Part shown: one piece after another, positions 61,213-64,000 of the stretch
Layout: every line of letters begins with the position of its first letter
How positions within the stretch are numbered: position 1 is the first letter of the stretch
DNA from: an uncultured delta proteobacterium
GTDB lineage: Bacteria; Desulfobacterota; Binatia; UBA9968
Assembly: GCA_963745035.1 (NCBI GenBank)
Contig: CAVUVW010000019.1
Span: forward strand, 230,948 to 294,947
Direction of reading: 5' to 3'
Length of the DNA stretch: 64,000 bases
Translations under genes and position numbers: made by a program
Notes under the pieces: model-generated
The model's database searches: none
What the model saw: the letters and a program-made list of their open reading frames with translations, nothing else
What the model was told of the DNA's origin: nothing

Positions 61213-61785
61213 GTGGTTTGGACGCTCCCCAACCTACTCAGCCTCTGTAGGATACTGATCATTCCTGTTTTGGTCTATTTGCTGACCTTCCCGGACCGCT
61301 GGTCGTCTCTATTAGCCGCGGTGCTTTTTCTTGTCGCATCCGTCACGGATTATTTTGACGGCTATCTGGCGCGGCGCAACAAGAGTGTCTCCGACTTGGG
61401 CAAGATTCTCGATCCGCTGGCAGACAAGCTGATGGTCGCCTCGGCGCTCATTATGTTGGCCGCCATCGACCGTCCACAGGAACCGAGCGTGCCGGCGTGG
61501 CTGGTCGTCGTGGTATTGGCCCGCGAGACGGCTGTGACGGTTCTACGCGGCATCGCCCTGACCGAAGGCATCGTGATGCAGGCCGAGACTCTCGGGAAAT
61601 ACAAATTTATTTTGCAGGCGTATGCCGTGGTCGGCTTGCTGGTGCACTATGAATACTGGGGTTTCGATTTTTTTGCCGCAGGCGTGTATTTCCTCGTGCT
61701 CTCCTCGGCGATCGCCCTCTGGTCGGGGATCAACTATCACGTGCAGTTTTTCCGACTTCGGGCGGCGCGTCTGAGCCGCGCTTAG
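61213..61785 (+). CDS. pgsA: CDP-diacylglycerol--glycerol-3-phosphate 3-phosphatidyltransferase
   Basis: TDYFDGYLAR..GKILDPLADKL CDP-alcohol motif; followed by tRNA-Gly(GCC), a common synteny. Confidence 0.92.
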   Translation: MVWTLPNLLSLCRILIIPVLVYLLTFPDRWSSLLAAVLFLVASVTDYFDGYLARRNKSVSDLGKILDPLADKLMVASALIMLAAIDRPQEPSVPAWLVVVVLARETAVTVLRGIALTEGIVMQAETLGKYKFILQAYAVVGLLVHYEYWGFDFFAAGVYFLVLSSAIALWSGINYHVQFFRLRAARLSRA

Positions 61786-61908
61786 GGCCGGAGGCGGTCT
61801 TAACTCGAAAGCAGATCCCTCACCCCAAGATGCCGGTCATCCAACTGTCATTTTTCTACAAGCCGGCGCGGATTCATTCGTTTGGACCATAACTGGAGGA
61901 CGGGAAAA

Positions 61909-61937
61909 TTGACAAAGCAGAGCGCATCAGGTAGAAA
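61909..61937 (+). promoter_or_regulatory. sigma70 promoter of tRNA-Gly
   Basis: TTGACA-17-TAGAAA ending 10 nt before the tRNA. Confidence 0.65.
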
Positions 61938-61947
61938 AAATCTTGCT

Positions 61948-62024
61948 GCGGGTGTAGCTCAGTTGGCTAGAGCGTATGCTTGCCAAGCATAAGGTCGGGA
62001 GTTCGACCCTCCTCACCCGCTCCA
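61948..62024 (+). tRNA. tRNA-Gly (anticodon GCC)
   Basis: GCGGGTG/CACCCGC acceptor stem, TATGC-TT-GCC-AA-GCATA, GTTCGACC, CCA. Confidence 0.95.
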
Positions 62025-63303
62025 TCTTTAAGCCCCTGATTCGTCAGGGGCTTTTTCTTTTTCCGGGTTTCGGATGCTGACTTGGTAAGTCCCGATTTTT
62101 CACCTTTTTCGGCGGATTTTTCACTTTCTCTGATTTGGTTCTCGATCCAGTCCCGCTGCGGGTCGATGTCTCCAATGTAGCGGGCGTAGTGCTTCTTGAG
62201 GGTCTCTTCGCGGTCACCGGTCTGGGCGCTGATGAAATTCATCTTGGCGCCGATCGACAGCATGAACGATGCGTAGCTGTGCCGGGTGTTGTAGAACGGC
62301 CGCGGCCGGATCTTGAGCTTTCGCAGCATTGGCAGCCATTCCCCCGCTTGTAGAAATTGTTCTCCTCTATGGGCGTGCCGCTCGGGGTCGTGAATACATA
62401 GGCGTCGGGCTCGAGCATGAAGCGGACGTGATCCTTGAGCACCGTAAGCAGGTTTCGTGGATCCTGATCTGCCGATTGCTGGGGCCGGTCTTCGTTCCGT
62501 CTTCCTCTCCGCCAACGCGGCTCTTTTCGATCCGCTCCCAGCCATAGTGGAGGTCGATGTCCGGCGCCGCAGAGCGCAGGCCTCGCTTGGGCGGCAACCC
62601 GTCCAAAACTGATGAAAGACGAACGGGTGATAATGCCGGCGGTGCTCGAGAAAGCCCTGCAGGATTGCTCCCGTTCTTCAGGCAAATAAGGGTCAATCTG
62701 ACTCTCGCTGTCGGTCTCCGGAAGCTGGAGAAGAGATCCGGGTCGAAGATTTTTGCCGTCATCGCCCCGGCCCGCCGCGCGTCTTTTATCATGGCCCGAA
62801 GGGCGCGGATGAACTTATTGACGCTTGCTGACTTGTAGCCGCGCTGAGCGCCGATTCTTTTTGATCGTAGCGCGTCTTGAAGCTCTTGAAGGTGGATGGA
62901 TCCCAGGGCTGCAAGATAAAGATCACCGAATTCTTGGCCGGCGATTTGGGCCGGGAGAATATGTTTTTTCAAATCGACTTCTCGGAGTTGCCTGCCGCGG
63001 GCGGACCTGATTCTTTCGCCCCTCGATCCACTTCTCGTAAAAGGAGCGCACGGTCGCCGGGGCTGCCGGTTACGGCTCCTCCCGGTGAAATAGGTGCGCT
63101 TTGTTGCCGTCGGGAAAGTGCCTCAGATAATCGAACGTCCGGAGTTTCATTTCATGCGAAATGATCGTCGCTTACGCTTCAAGGAAGTCCCGATTCTCCG
63201 GCGTGTCCTCAAGCCGGGTCGTCTCCCAACTCCGGATACCGTTCCACATCAGCCGGAGCCCAAGGTGCGCGCCGCCAGCTGCTCTTTTTACTTTGCAGGC
63301 CAT
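61967..63303 (-). pseudogene. Tyrosine integrase with N-terminal arm-binding (DUF3596-like) domain; several frameshifts and an in-frame TAA at 63172-63174
   Basis: MACKVKR..LEDTPENRDFLEA*ATIISHEMKLRTFDYLRHFPDGNKA; KTGPSNRQI; FYNTRHSYASFML; TGDREETLKKHYARY catalytic motifs; adjacent to tRNA. Confidence 0.82.
62029..62062 (+). terminator. Intrinsic terminator after tRNA-Gly
   Basis: aagcccctga-ttcg-tcaggggctt followed by a T-run. Confidence 0.8.
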
Positions 63304-63358
63304 AGATCAATCATGTCGCGCAGTACATCAAACTCCGTAAACTCCGTGTAACTCACTT

Positions 63359-63841
63359 TTATCTCGTTGAGTTTTTTTTCGAGTTCCGGCATTCCCTGAG
63401 ATCAAAGGCGCCCGGATACTTTATCAGCATGTACGCAGTCAGTACCGCTGTTTCCGATGTATACCGGCCGGTTAGGAGATGGGATAGATATGCAGCATCA
63501 AAGAGATAAAATTCCGTCGCGCCGAAAAAAAAGCTCATCTCGGCATCCGGATTAGGGTCATGGTCCACGTGTTTAAAATTGTTTTGCGCTTGTCGGAAAG
63601 CTCTTCGGAGCTCTTTTTGAAGGTGAGGCTTCGTTAAAAAATCGATTCCTATCTCGAAGATGCCCAGCAACCCTTTCGGCGTTGCCAGATCACGCAACAC
63701 TCCCTGTGCAGCTGCTGCAAGCGTGTGAACAGCGATCATGTTTTTCCGCTCAAAGAACATCCGAATGGCAACATTTAATTGCCGCTCAGCTGCTTCAAGT
63801 CTAGTTACCTTTTCTGACGGCGGCGGTTGATCAGAACTCAC
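63359..63841 (-). CDS. Hypothetical island protein
   Basis: VTRLEAAERQLNVAIRMFF...AVHTLAAAA..VLRDL..NNFKH; 160 aa, low GC. Confidence 0.65.
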   Translation of the reverse strand: MSSDQPPPSEKVTRLEAAERQLNVAIRMFFERKNMIAVHTLAAAAQGVLRDLATPKGLLGIFEIGIDFLTKPHLQKELRRAFRQAQNNFKHVDHDPNPDAEMSFFFGATEFYLFDAAYLSHLLTGRYTSETAVLTAYMLIKYPGAFDLRECRNSKKNSTR

Positions 63842-64000
63842 GAATCACCCGTTCTTTCAGCAATTCACTGTCAGTCAAAGCATCGATAGTTGGCTCTAAG
63901 AGGTCCGCCGAAAGTTCGAAAGTCTGCCGCAAGATACTCATGACAGGGCAGATCTCCTTTTTTTTGCCTGAACGGACGTACATTGCAGCGAGACGCACCA

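Noticed and set aside
1-64000. Many split genes as programmed frameshifting or mass pseudogenisation
   Set aside because: Single-base indels hit unrelated genes including essential cysS, often near homopolymers, with no shared slippery motif; best explained as long-read consensus error

Overview
GC-rich bacterial chromosome segment. Gene style, a selenoprotein, tRNA-Arg(UCG) and many Mo-hydroxylase/UbiD/ABC paralogs suggest a deltaproteobacterial-type lineage such as Ca. Binatia (inference). More than 20 genes are split by single-base indels, most likely long-read consensus errors. Layout: 1-6.8 kb mixed housekeeping (thiI, SDR, HAD, Nudix, Rieske ferredoxin, YgfZ/GcvT). 7-12.8 kb is a candidate selenium/sulfur redox locus: a Sec-containing BCP peroxiredoxin (in-frame TGA plus SECIS-like hairpin, missed by the ORF track), a LysR regulator, tandem LysR boxes, a fungal-Egt1-like sulfoxide synthase, DUF427, a PhnD-like binding protein and a Cys-containing BCP paralog. 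13-48.7 kb is a large catabolic region (three xanthine-dehydrogenase-family clusters, three UbiD genes, ABC importers, amidohydrolase, DUF3891, atypical M20, GatC-like/amidase pair). It is interrupted by CBS/CGL genes whose last ~160 bp are duplicated around a self-contained Phd/PIN toxin-antitoxin cassette. Next come cysS, a LysM protein and tRNA-Arg(UCG) with a 7.7 kb integrase-less island (attL/attR visible) holding small paralogous ORFs, orphan NrdR/DnaA-like boxes and hairpin clusters. The window ends with mutT-like, slt, pgsA, tRNA-Gly(GCC) and the left end of a second island whose tyrosine integrase frame runs through the tRNA. No CRISPR array, rRNA or reverse transcriptase was seen.
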